Source: Alphaproteobacteria bacterium
GTDB taxonomy: Bacteria > Pseudomonadota > Alphaproteobacteria > UBA7887
Assembly: GCA_965216755.1 (NCBI GenBank)
Contig: CBDCGL010000011.1
Location: 960,001 to 1,024,000, forward strand
DNA length: 64,000 nt
Direction of reading: 5' to 3'
The translations under genes and the position numbers were made by a program. The notes beneath the pieces are model-generated. The model was not told where the DNA came from. It was given only the letters and a program-made list of their open reading frames with translations, and did no database searches. Positions 20,316 to 29,954 of this stretch are shown one piece after another; the stretch's first letter is position 1; each line of letters opens with the position of its first letter.

Positions 20316-21776
20316 ATGGAGAGTAATGAAAATTTGGCGGCCTACGCCGCAACCGGTCGCGTTCTTATTGTCGATGACGAGACCTTGTTGGCCAGGGCCA
20401 TCGCCCGTCAACTTAAACGCGCAGGTTTGGCCTGCGAGATCGCGGACACGCTCGACGCGGCGCGCCAAGCTCTGACACCAAAGCATCCGGGCGGTGAAAA
20501 CGGGCATGACATTGTGCTGCTCGATTTGCGCCTGCCCGACGGCAGCGGTATGGACTTGCTCTCCGAGCGCGCGCCGGCAAATGGCGGTGACGACGCACTT
20601 GGGCCGGCGTTCGTCGTCTTAACCGCGTTTGGCGACGTCGACAGCGCGGTCGAAGCTATGAAGCTCGGCGCAACAGATTATTTGCGCAAACCCATCGACT
20701 TGAACGAACTGGTTTTGGTCGTCGACAAAGTGCTGCGCTCGGCTGAGTTGCAATCACGGCTGGACTACTCGCGCCAGCGCGACGCGCGCGCCAGCGAGGG
20801 CCATGAACTGCTGGGCGAGAGTTCCACTCTGTCCGAGGCGCGCGAGCGCGTTATCGCCTTTGGTCGGCTGCACGGCGACGGCCAGGCGCCGCCGCCGACC
20901 GTGCTAATCACCGGCGAGACGGGCACTGGGAAAGATGTCGCGGCGCGGCTGATCCACGCCAACGGCCCGAACCCCGACAGCCCGTTTGTTCAGGTCGACT
21001 GCGCGTCCCTGCCCCGCGATTTGATGGAGGCAGAATTGTTTGGCCATGTACGCGGCGCATTTACCAGCGCCCACGGCCACCGTGTCGGCCTCATAGAAGC
21101 GGCTGAAAACGGAACCTTGTTCCTGGATGAAATTGGTGAACTGCCGAACGAACTGCAGGCAAAACTTTTGAATGTGGTCGAACGGCGCTTGGTACGTCGT
21201 ATCGGATCGAGCCGTGAAGTTAGCGTCCATGCGCGCTTCGTCGCGGCCACAAATCGCAACCTCGCGGCGATGGTAAACGACAACAACTTTCGATCGGATT
21301 TGTACTATCGGCTCAACGTGCTCGCGCTTGAAATGCCGCCGTTGCGGATTTGTGGCAGCGATTCAATCATTCTCGCCGAGTATTTCGCCCGCCAGACGGC
21401 GCGGCGTTATGGGCGCCGTTCCGGACGGTTTACCGAGCAGGCCAAAACCGCGCTCCAACGCTACACGTGGCCTGGCAACGTGCGCGAGCTCAAGCACGTC
21501 ATTGAACGCGCCGCGTTGCTCACCGACAGCGATATGATCGATGAATCTGGCTTGGCTCTCAACCACCCCGTCATGGTTCACCGTGACAGCGGCAAATCGG
21601 ACGGGCGTTTCGGTGGTCGCACGCTAAGAGATGCAGAAAGATCGATGATCGTGGACGCACTTCGGCACTGCGGCGGCAACGTCTCAAAGGCGGCACGCCG
21701 GCTGGGCATCACCCGTATGGCGATGCGCTATCGCATGGAAAAACACGGACTGCGCGGGGGCGGCGATGCTGGCTGA
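20316..21776 (+). CDS. sigma54-dependent response regulator (NtrC family, REC-AAA+-Fis HTH)
   Basis: VLIVDDE, LLDLRLPD, GETGTGKD, ELFGH..GAFTSA, LFLDEIGE, WPGNVREL, C-terminal HTH. Confidence 0.95.
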   Translation: MESNENLAAYAATGRVLIVDDETLLARAIARQLKRAGLACEIADTLDAARQALTPKHPGGENGHDIVLLDLRLPDGSGMDLLSERAPANGGDDALGPAFVVLTAFGDVDSAVEAMKLGATDYLRKPIDLNELVLVVDKVLRSAELQSRLDYSRQRDARASEGHELLGESSTLSEARERVIAFGRLHGDGQAPPPTVLITGETGTGKDVAARLIHANGPNPDSPFVQVDCASLPRDLMEAELFGHVRGAFTSAHGHRVGLIEAAENGTLFLDEIGELPNELQAKLLNVVERRLVRRIGSSREVSVHARFVAATNRNLAAMVNDNNFRSDLYYRLNVLALEMPPLRICGSDSIILAEYFARQTARRYGRRSGRFTEQAKTALQRYTWPGNVRELKHVIERAALLTDSDMIDESGLALNHPVMVHRDSGKSDGRFGGRTLRDAERSMIVDALRHCGGNVSKAARRLGITRMAMRYRMEKHGLRGGGDAG

Positions 21777-22001
21777 GATGGTTGATTTCAGCCAGCAATG
21801 GCTACAGTCATCCGAGTAATGGCTTGACTGCATCCAATATTCATGAATAAACGTTGGGAATAATGAAATAAAAACACTACAGATAGTCATACGATCAAAT
21901 GCATTATCATAAGATATCCTATTATATTTCTTGACATCGCAAGTGTTTCCCCGCTTTAAACGAAATCTGGTGGGAAAGCTTGGATAAGGGAAGTAGAAAT
22001 C

Positions 22002-24509
22002 ATGGGGAGGACGGGGCAACGCTGCATGACAGCGATTGCAGCTTGCTTGTTGTGCAACACAGCGGCGAAGGCACAAGACGCGAATCCCACGCTTGTATTG
22101 CCAGACATCGAAGTCATCGGGGTCTCGCCTGTCCCAGGGACGGGCGTCAACGCAGATAAAGTGCCGTCGAACGTGCGTTCGATTGACGGCGAACAAATAA
22201 AGCGGAGCCGACAACAGAGTATCACCCAGGTGCTCGATGCCAATATTGGCAGCGCCGCGGCCGTCGACGTACAGAACAACCCCTATCAAAAAGATCTTAA
22301 CTATCGTGGCTTTACCGCCTCGCCCCTGTTGGGTGCACCGCAGGGCATTGCGGTCTACCAAAACGGCATTCGGATCAACGAGCCCTTCGGCGACACGGTC
22401 CAATGGGATGTCGTCCCCGAAAACGCGATCCGCAGCGTCGATCTCGTCAACTCCAATCCCGTCTTCGGCTTGAATGCCATCGGCGGCGCTTTAGCCATGC
22501 AACTCCAAAATGGGTTTGACTATCGGGGAGCAGAGGCTGCGGTGACCGGCGGCTATTTCGGGCGCTACACGGGCACGTTCCAGGCAGGCGGCGGCACAGA
22601 GGAAATCGGCGGCTACTTGGCGGGTGAGTGGCTCAACGATGACGGTTGGCGCAACGTGTCTGAATCCCGTGTCGGTCGGCTGTTTGCGGACGTTGGCTTC
22701 AGGCAAGAGCACTTCGCGGGCAATGTTAGCCTCACCTATGCTGACACTGACTTGACGGGCAACGGTTTGGCCCCGACCGAACTCCTCGACAAGAATCGAC
22801 GTGCACTATTCACCACCCCAGATATCACGGAAAACGAGCTGTTCTTCGTATCGGCGCAAGGTAACTATGATGCCTCTGACACGCTTTCAATCCAAGCCAA
22901 TACATATTTTCGGAACATCACGCGAACAACGCTGAACGGTGACGAAACCGAAGTCGAGGAATGTGAGGTCGATGCCGCAACGGACGCATTGCTCCTCGCC
23001 GACGCTGATTTCCTGGCAGGTGTCGCAAACTCAGGCAATGTTGTTGCAGCGGGAACAATCACCGATTTTCTTTGTGCCGAAGAAAGCGGCGATGACGAGG
23101 CCGAGATCTTACTCGACCAATTCGGCAACGCCATCGAGGCATTCGCCGACAATCTCAGCGCGTTGAATACCAGCACCACGCAGACCCGCGGCTATGGCAT
23201 CGGGTTGCAGGCGACATTGGATGATCAGATCGCGAACAGAGACAACCTGCTCGTTGTCGGCGGCAGTATTGACCTGGGCATTACCAAGTTCCATTCAGAA
23301 TCGGCGCTGGGGCTGCTCAATCTGGACCGTAGCGTGACGCCGCATACCCAGACCTTTGAGAGCACGGCCGTCTGGGAGTTTTCTGCGCCTGGCGGTGCTG
23401 TGGATGACTCAGATCTGGAACGCGGTGAAGTCGGTCCCGTTCGGGTGCGCGCACGCAATGACTATTATGGCCTCTATGTCAGCGACACCCTGACCGTACT
23501 ACCGAACCTGGATGTGACGCTAGCGGGCCGTCTTAATTATGCTCAGATCGACTTGCACGACGAGCTCGATTCCTATTTTCCACGCAATTCGACGCTCGAT
23601 GGCAGCCACAGTTTCAGTCGATTTAATCCAGCCGCGGGCGCCACATATCGCGTGCCGGGCCTCGGCCTAACGGCCTTCGGCGGCTATTCGGAAGCCAACC
23701 GTGCACCGACGCCGGCCGAACTGACGTGTGCCGACCCCGCGGCGCCCTGCCGGCTGCCAAATGCCTTCGTCGCCGACCCTCCCTTGGAACAAGTGGTCGG
23801 TCGCACGTTTGAGATTGGCTTGCGTGGTGATTTGCCGTCGGATTGGTTGCAGGGGATCACCAGCCTCAAGTGGAACGTCGGTGGTTTCCGCAGTGAGATT
23901 GAAGACGACATCATTTTCGTCAGCGCGGGTCCGACGTTGGGTTCCGGCTTCTTTACGAACGTCAGTGAAACGCGTCGGCAAGGTATCGAATTTGGCCTGT
24001 CTGGCCTGGCGGGCAAATTCCGATGGCAAGCCAATTATAGTTTCATCGAGTCGACGTTTCAGTCGACATTCAATGTCGCCTCGCCCAACCATCCCCAAGC
24101 GGTAGCAGGCGAAATCCAGGTCCGACCAGGCGACAACATCCCTGGCATTCCGCAGCACAATTTCCGCTTCGGTCTCGACTACGAGGTCTTGCCCGGTCTT
24201 TATGTGGGTGGCAACGTGGTCGCGACGTCTGGCGTATTTCTGCGCGGCGACGAGGCCAATCTTCTCGACAAGACCGACCCGTACGCGGTTCTCAATCTCC
24301 GCGCGGGGTACATGCTCAACGATCACCTCGAAGTCTTCGGTTGGATCGACAACGTCTTTAACACCGAATACGAGACCTTCGGCGTGTTGGGCGAAACCGG
24401 CAACGAAGTGCCGATCTACGAGCTGCCCAACGGCATTACAGATCCCCGCTTCTTGTCGCCCGGTCAGCCGTTCGGCGCATTCGTCGGCTTTCGCATTTTC
24501 CTCAATTGA
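22002..24509 (+). CDS. TonB-dependent receptor (YRGFTASPLLG / CADPxxPC subfamily, LutH-like)
   Basis: Signal peptide, TonB box-like DIEVIG, plug YRGF...NGIRINEPFGDTVQWD, FGLNAIGGA, NVFNTEY and C-terminal beta strand. Confidence 0.92.
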   Translation: MGRTGQRCMTAIAACLLCNTAAKAQDANPTLVLPDIEVIGVSPVPGTGVNADKVPSNVRSIDGEQIKRSRQQSITQVLDANIGSAAAVDVQNNPYQKDLNYRGFTASPLLGAPQGIAVYQNGIRINEPFGDTVQWDVVPENAIRSVDLVNSNPVFGLNAIGGALAMQLQNGFDYRGAEAAVTGGYFGRYTGTFQAGGGTEEIGGYLAGEWLNDDGWRNVSESRVGRLFADVGFRQEHFAGNVSLTYADTDLTGNGLAPTELLDKNRRALFTTPDITENELFFVSAQGNYDASDTLSIQANTYFRNITRTTLNGDETEVEECEVDAATDALLLADADFLAGVANSGNVVAAGTITDFLCAEESGDDEAEILLDQFGNAIEAFADNLSALNTSTTQTRGYGIGLQATLDDQIANRDNLLVVGGSIDLGITKFHSESALGLLNLDRSVTPHTQTFESTAVWEFSAPGGAVDDSDLERGEVGPVRVRARNDYYGLYVSDTLTVLPNLDVTLAGRLNYAQIDLHDELDSYFPRNSTLDGSHSFSRFNPAAGATYRVPGLGLTAFGGYSEANRAPTPAELTCADPAAPCRLPNAFVADPPLEQVVGRTFEIGLRGDLPSDWLQGITSLKWNVGGFRSEIEDDIIFVSAGPTLGSGFFTNVSETRRQGIEFGLSGLAGKFRWQANYSFIESTFQSTFNVASPNHPQAVAGEIQVRPGDNIPGIPQHNFRFGLDYEVLPGLYVGGNVVATSGVFLRGDEANLLDKTDPYAVLNLRAGYMLNDHLEVFGWIDNVFNTEYETFGVLGETGNEVPIYELPNGITDPRFLSPGQPFGAFVGFRIFLN

Positions 24510-24752
24510 GATGGCTGCGAGACCCACTCAGAGAGTGAGGCGGCCCTGGGCGTGGCGCCCTAAACAGCGGGGCAGACAGACTGGGAAGATAGGCGTCATT
24601 GGTGTATGGTATGCGACAAATAACGGTGTCACGGACTGCATAACAAAGCCGCAGCCGGCCCTTGGGTCGGGTGCGGTTGATTTTGCGTGAACTGGATCGC
24701 AGTGGCTGGGGGCGGCCGCGGGCAATAAGGAAAAGCAAGAAAGAACGAGGCC

Positions 24753-25415
24753 ATGGACACGTCATCGCTCCTCGTCCAAGGCTACGGCCTGATCGAAAAA
24801 GGCGGCCCTGTCATGGCCGTCTTGTTAGCCCTATCGGTGGTCGCTTTGGCGATCATTTTGGTCAAGCTGTTGCAGTTTTGGCGATGCCAGTTGAATCGCA
24901 CAGGTTTCGTTGAAAGAGCCCTCAAAGCCTTGCACCATGGTGACGAGCGCGCAGCCCTGGGCGAATTGGTCACGTCTCCGCACCCGACCGCGCGGGTGAT
25001 GGAAGCGGCGATCATGACAGCCGGCGATCGTCGGCTGAGTGCGGAAGATCGCGATGCCGAAATCAGCCGAGTCGGCACGGCGCATATCCGCAATCTCGAA
25101 TCCTATTTGCGGGGGCTTGAGGTCATCGCCAATCTAAGCCCCCTGCTGGGACTTCTTGGCACGGTCATGGGGATGATCGGTGCCTTCGCCCAGTTGGAGG
25201 CCGCGGGCACCAAGGTCGACCCGGCTTTGCTTGCCGGCGGCATATGGGAAGCCTTGTTGACCACCGCTTTCGGGCTGACCGTCGCGATCCCGACATTGGG
25301 CGTCTACCATGTTCTGGAAGGACGGGTGGATACCGTGCGCGCCAACATGAAGGACGCCACCACACGCATTGTCAGCGTCTACCGGGGTGGCCACCGCCCT
25401 GCCGCGGCGGCGTAG
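24753..25415 (+). CDS. exbB: ExbB/TolQ/MotA proton channel
   Basis: GGPVM, SPLLGLLGTVMGMI, GIWEALLTTAFGL.VAIP. Confidence 0.9.
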   Translation: MDTSSLLVQGYGLIEKGGPVMAVLLALSVVALAIILVKLLQFWRCQLNRTGFVERALKALHHGDERAALGELVTSPHPTARVMEAAIMTAGDRRLSAEDRDAEISRVGTAHIRNLESYLRGLEVIANLSPLLGLLGTVMGMIGAFAQLEAAGTKVDPALLAGGIWEALLTTAFGLTVAIPTLGVYHVLEGRVDTVRANMKDATTRIVSVYRGGHRPAAAA

Positions 25416-25442
25416 GGCGGTCGCGCGGTCGTGGGGTAAGCG

Positions 25443-25844
25443 ATGGATTTTGGCGATCGTGAACGGCCACATCCGAGCCTGAATATCGCACCACTGATCG
25501 ATATTGTTTTTCTGATGCTGGTGTTCTTCATGCTGGCCAGCACATTTATCGAGCCGCAAGCAATCGACTTGGTGCTGCCGGGCGACGGCGTGCCCGGTAA
25601 TGTCAGTGAAGAGCCACTTTTGGTCGACGTTGCGACCGATGGGCAAATCGCCTTGAATGGCCTCAGTCTTAGCCTTGATCAGCTGGGACCAGAACTGTCT
25701 GGCAGGCTCGGCGGCGATGTCGGCCGGGCGATAACGGTCCGCGCCGATGCCGACGTTGCTGTCCAGCTTCTCGTCACGGTTATGGATCGAATCCGTAGCA
25801 CGGGCACGCGAAATGTTCGGCTCGCCACGCCCGACGCCCAGTGA
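25443..25844 (+). CDS. exbD: ExbD/TolR protein (canonical Asp)
   Basis: LNIAPLIDIVFLMLVFFML, VRADAD. Confidence 0.9.
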   Translation: MDFGDRERPHPSLNIAPLIDIVFLMLVFFMLASTFIEPQAIDLVLPGDGVPGNVSEEPLLVDVATDGQIALNGLSLSLDQLGPELSGRLGGDVGRAITVRADADVAVQLLVTVMDRIRSTGTRNVRLATPDAQ

Positions 25845-25867
25845 TGACCCGGCGGAGCACATGATCC

Positions 25868-26287
25868 ATGGCGGCGCGCGGCATCGAAATTGAGGGGCGA
25901 CAGTCACCGCGGGGCGCGATCAACCTGGTGCCATTGATCAATATCGTCTTTCTGTTGCTCATATTCTTCATGCTGACGAGCACACTCACAACGCCCGACG
26001 CCTACGACGTGGCGCTGCCGGAGTCCGAGAGCGGCGCCACCCACGAATCCGAACCGCTGGTCCTGTTGATCGCCGCCGATGGTGCCATCGCCATCAACAA
26101 CGAGCCGGTCGCGCTGGGCGACCTGGTCGCCCGATTTCAGGCGGCTCTCGCCGATGGCGCGTCGCCGTCGGTCATGGTGAAAGCCGACGCCACTGCGACC
26201 ACTGCCGCTGTCATCACTGCGATGAAGCGCGCCAAGCTGGCGGGGATCGAACGCGTCGCCTTGGCAACAGAAGGCCCGACACGATGA
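25868..26287 (+). CDS. exbD: Second ExbD/TolR protein (Asp-to-Asn variant)
   Basis: INLVPLINIVFLLLIFFML, VKADAT. Confidence 0.88.
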   Translation: MAARGIEIEGRQSPRGAINLVPLINIVFLLLIFFMLTSTLTTPDAYDVALPESESGATHESEPLVLLIAADGAIAINNEPVALGDLVARFQAALADGASPSVMVKADATATTAAVITAMKRAKLAGIERVALATEGPTR

Positions 26288-28059
26288 TCCGCGTGACGCT
26301 GTTCGACATATGCGTCGCAGTCATTCTTTCAGTTCTCGCCCATGCTGGGCTTATCTCAGCGACGTTTTTCGACGTCGAAGCCGCGCCCGAAGAGGAGGCC
26401 GTTGAGGCGGTTTATCTGGAATTGGCGTCGTTGGGCGACCTGGAAGGAGACATAGAACCCGACGCCGCGATCAGCGCGGACCCGTTGCCGGATCGCCCTC
26501 AGCCGCGAACGCGCCAAGAACTGGCAGCACTTGAGGTCCCGGATACGGCGACACCACCAACGCCGCAGGAATTGCCTGAATCACAACCTGCTCAGGACCC
26601 GCCCCCCCTCGAAGTGCCGCCTGAAGTCGCACCGGACTTGGCGGCGTTGGCACCGCCAACGGCTGCCCCGCCAGAGCTCAGACCGCTCGACCTTCCGGTA
26701 CCAACGGCGAACATTGCGCCGACGACGATCGCCGATCAACCCCTGCCACCCGACCAGCGTGCACCCCAAGTTCCGAGTGAATTTGTGCCACAACAATTGG
26801 CTGTCGCGGAGCAACCACCGATCACCGACGCCCAAGCCACACGAATGTTTCAAAAGGAAACGGCGGTTCGTCCGGTGGTTGACCTGGCCGAACAGGCCGT
26901 GCCCACCACCGAGACACCGCTTGCCAAACCCGTGGTCATGGTCGAGCCACCGCCCGACGCGATGATTCTGCAAAAACCGACGGACATCGACCCACAAAGC
27001 TTGCTTGAATTGACCGTTCCCGACGAACCGCAGCTTGATCCTGACAAGCCACTGATCCCGGAAATCCGAGCACCCACGGTCGACGATTCCATGGCGCGTC
27101 AGGACCGCTCAACGCCCCCGCAGATCTCTCCGCCGCCGCCGCCGGACTCGCCGGTGCGCCCAGATTTGGTGGCACCGCGACGCGCGCAAGAAATCGAAGT
27201 TCAGACCCGACCAGACGCGGCAACACCGCTCACCGCAAGCGCGGAACCGGCGCGCGCACGCCCGCCACTGCCGATCCCTGAAGATCTGGAACAACCGGTA
27301 GATTTGGCCCGTCTGCAAATACCAGAACTGGATTCCACGCCGGCGCCAACCCGACCGACCGTGCCACCGCCCGAACCAGCGCCATCGCCGGCGCGCGCCG
27401 CCGAGATTGTGCCGCAAGCACGGCCAGAGCGTGCGGAAACAGTGGTCTCCGCTCCGCTGCCGTCTGCGCTACCCGATCTTTCGCGCGTTGAAGTCGCGGC
27501 CGTCGAACGACCCCCACAACCGAATGCACCAGCGAGCCCGCCGACGCCGGTTGCGCGGCGCCCTCAGCCAGCCCCGGTTGCAACGCCGCCTGCCCCGGCT
27601 CCCGAACGCGTGGCGGTACCCCGAGCCCCAGCGGTTCAGGCGCCGCCGCCGAGGCGCGAAAATCCCACAACGGATAGGCAAGTGGCGGCAGCGTCGCCGC
27701 CCGCGGCCTTGCCGCCGGAAGCAATGCCCGCGACGAAGCAAAGACGCGGCGCGGATAGCGGTTCGCTCACCCAGTACACGACCGCCCTTCACACCATGAT
27801 CAATGTTGTGGCGCAGCAGAATTATCCGCGTCAAGCTATACGCCGTCGCGAGGAAGGGGCCGTGCGTGTGCGTCTGACTGTGGGGGCCAGCGGCGACCTT
27901 CTCAAAGTGGATGTGATTGACGATGGCGGCGCGCCGCGGCGCCTGGTGAGTGCCGCGCTCGCCGCAGTTGAGCGGGCCGCGCCTTATCCGGCATTTGTCA
28001 ATGGCATGATCCCGGAACCCACCGTATTTGAAGTCAAGATCGCGTACAAACTGCGCTAG
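26284..28059 (+). CDS. tonB: TonB energy transducer with very long Pro-rich linker
   Basis: N-terminal TM with SxxxH (SVLAH), several hundred aa of Pro/Ala/Glu-rich linker, C-terminal YPRQAIRRREEGAVRV TonB_C domain. Confidence 0.88.
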   Translation: MIRVTLFDICVAVILSVLAHAGLISATFFDVEAAPEEEAVEAVYLELASLGDLEGDIEPDAAISADPLPDRPQPRTRQELAALEVPDTATPPTPQELPESQPAQDPPPLEVPPEVAPDLAALAPPTAAPPELRPLDLPVPTANIAPTTIADQPLPPDQRAPQVPSEFVPQQLAVAEQPPITDAQATRMFQKETAVRPVVDLAEQAVPTTETPLAKPVVMVEPPPDAMILQKPTDIDPQSLLELTVPDEPQLDPDKPLIPEIRAPTVDDSMARQDRSTPPQISPPPPPDSPVRPDLVAPRRAQEIEVQTRPDAATPLTASAEPARARPPLPIPEDLEQPVDLARLQIPELDSTPAPTRPTVPPPEPAPSPARAAEIVPQARPERAETVVSAPLPSALPDLSRVEVAAVERPPQPNAPASPPTPVARRPQPAPVATPPAPAPERVAVPRAPAVQAPPPRRENPTTDRQVAAASPPAALPPEAMPATKQRRGADSGSLTQYTTALHTMINVVAQQNYPRQAIRRREEGAVRVRLTVGASGDLLKVDVIDDGGAPRRLVSAALAAVERAAPYPAFVNGMIPEPTVFEVKIAYKLR

Positions 28060-28172
28060 TCCGCTTGAACCGGCTCGCCTTCGTCTCTACTTGCACAATG
28101 TGGGATATTGCGTGGCGCTGGGTTGGCTGTAGGCGTCAGCGCTTGCAATTTAGCCATCGTCCTTGGATGCGT

Positions 28173-28598
28173 ATGAACTGCAGACTCAATAGTTTCATGG
28201 CAGCGTGGGTGTTCGCCCTGATATGCGGCACGGCAATTGCCGGAGACGAGGCTGACGAGCCCGCTTGGGCACGTTCGAAGTGGATGGCCCACGACACAGC
28301 CAAGCAAGTCCAAATGGCCTACCGGTATGCCCAGGCGAGGGACTTCGACAAGGCGCTGGAACACCTCCTTATTGCGGCGCAGCGCGGTTATCCCCAGGCG
28401 CAGGCACAAGTTGGCTTCTATTTCGAACAGGGCCGTGGCGGTGTCGCCATCGATCGTATTGAAGCGGTAAAATGGTACCTTTTATCGCGCGAGCCGAGCG
28501 CTCTTGGATTCGCCGAACGGTTGGCCGAATCCATGTCACCTGAGCAATATGCCGAGGCCGAGCAACGGGTCGCCGACTGGCGACCAGTTTCTGAATAG
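28173..28598 (+). CDS. Periplasmic Sel1-repeat protein
   Basis: Signal peptide; AAQRGYPQAQAQVGFYFEQGRG...EAVKWY; C-terminal MSPEQYAEAEQRVADWRP. Confidence 0.8.
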   Translation: MNCRLNSFMAAWVFALICGTAIAGDEADEPAWARSKWMAHDTAKQVQMAYRYAQARDFDKALEHLLIAAQRGYPQAQAQVGFYFEQGRGGVAIDRIEAVKWYLLSREPSALGFAERLAESMSPEQYAEAEQRVADWRPVSE

Positions 28599-28670
28599 TC
28601 CTATCGGAGCATCGACCAACACACCAGCGGTCGCCGTATGGCGATGCAAGACGCCGAGCGCCAACGTCCG

Positions 28671-29450
28671 TCAGTTACAAGCGCCTGTCTCGTTCTTGAG
28701 TACGGCCAAGCGCTCCTGGGCCTGCTCGCGAACGATCTCAGCAAATGCATCAGGCGCCGGCGATTCAATCGCCCGCGCCAGCGATTGGCAAGCTTCGGCG
28801 GCATACTCGTCCACGTCCAAGGTGATCAAGCCGATCGCATATTCAAGGTGTGCCACCCCAGCGTCCGGTATCAATGACAGCGCCTTCTGGTAATGGGCAA
28901 TGGCGTCATCGGCGCCTGCGCCATACAAAATGCCCGCCATGAATCCCGCTGACGCAACGATTTCCGCATGCCATGCGCCCAGGCTGATATGGGCGCCGGC
29001 CAGATCGGGATCGAGAGCCAGCGCGCTATCCAGGGCCTCTCTGATTTTGGTCGCAAACCCCTCGTTTAGCGCCTCAAGCACGCCGATGGTTTGCGCGTAG
29101 CGGCCCATTGTATGCGCATGCTGGAGGTGCGCATTGGCGTTGTTGCCGTCCAACGCAATCGCCTTTTCGGCGTTTTCCCAACCACGCTTGAACAATTCTT
29201 GTTTGTCGTCATCGGACGCCCTGTAGTACCCGTGGATGCCCAAGGATTCAGCGGCCAGCGCATACCCTTGCGACGTTGCCAATTGTTCGCCGGCGTCCGC
29301 CGCCGCCAGAAAATTGCCCATCTGCATCTCGGCGAAAGCATCTTCGAATGACTGCGCTGCCGCCTGCAGTGAAACGCAGCATGCCAGAACAGGAATGAAG
29401 AACAAAAGCGCATGTCGCGCCGCGCGCCTCATCGGATCAAATATCGCCAT
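28671..29450 (-). CDS. Secreted TPR-like protein (paralogue of 31547..32335)
   Basis: Signal peptide, ALALDP TPR-like repeats, LGAWHAE motif. Confidence 0.75.
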   Translation of the reverse strand: MAIFDPMRRAARHALLFFIPVLACCVSLQAAAQSFEDAFAEMQMGNFLAAADAGEQLATSQGYALAAESLGIHGYYRASDDDKQELFKRGWENAEKAIALDGNNANAHLQHAHTMGRYAQTIGVLEALNEGFATKIREALDSALALDPDLAGAHISLGAWHAEIVASAGFMAGILYGAGADDAIAHYQKALSLIPDAGVAHLEYAIGLITLDVDEYAAEACQSLARAIESPAPDAFAEIVREQAQERLAVLKNETGACN

Positions 29451-29453
29451 AAT

Positions 29454-29843
29454 CTATGCCTCTGTTACGACCGCCTCCGCTTCTATTTCGACTTTCAGTG
29501 TCGGCAGTACAAGAGCGCTCACTTCAACCAAAGTCGATGCGGGACGGTGCGAACCAAAGTAGCGTTCGCGGATTGGATTAATTCGGCTCCGATCCGAAAT
29601 GTCGGTCAGGTACACGGTCACCTTCACGATGTGCCGTGGCGCGCCGCCTGCGGCGCGCAAGGTGGCATCAAGGTTCTCCATGGCACATTCGAACTGCGCG
29701 ACCGTGTCGTCGGCCACGTCGCCATCTTTGGTCAATCCGACACAACCGGAAACCCAAATTCGGTCGCCAGCACGTACGGCGTGACAATAATGGCTGACTG
29801 GTTCGTGTTGGCCCGGAACAATATACCGCTCGATCTTGGTCAT
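29454..29843 (-). CDS. RidA/YjgF/UK114 family protein
   Basis: SHYCHAV.AG...VSGC, VKVTVYLTD, RPASTLVEVSALV, VEIEAEA; GGAGG RBS before ATG 29843. Confidence 0.9.
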   Translation of the reverse strand: MTKIERYIVPGQHEPVSHYCHAVRAGDRIWVSGCVGLTKDGDVADDTVAQFECAMENLDATLRAAGGAPRHIVKVTVYLTDISDRSRINPIRERYFGSHRPASTLVEVSALVLPTLKVEIEAEAVVTEA

Positions 29844-29954
29844 GGACGCCTCCACCGTTGATTTCGCTGCGCCCGCTATCACAGCTGCGCGAGGAAGTCG
29901 ACCTCTGGCGTTTCTCAAGATACCGTTGGCACTTCGAGGCGGCCGGATAGGCCA

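Noticed and set aside
21780-22000. sigma54 promoter or Fur box upstream of the TonB-dependent receptor
   Set aside because: AT-rich with a TTGACA at 21931, but no TGGCAC-N5-TTGC and no convincing 19-bp Fur/Irr palindrome
26400-27750. Apparent repeats in tonB
   Set aside because: Low-complexity Pro-rich coding sequence, not a DNA repeat array or CRISPR
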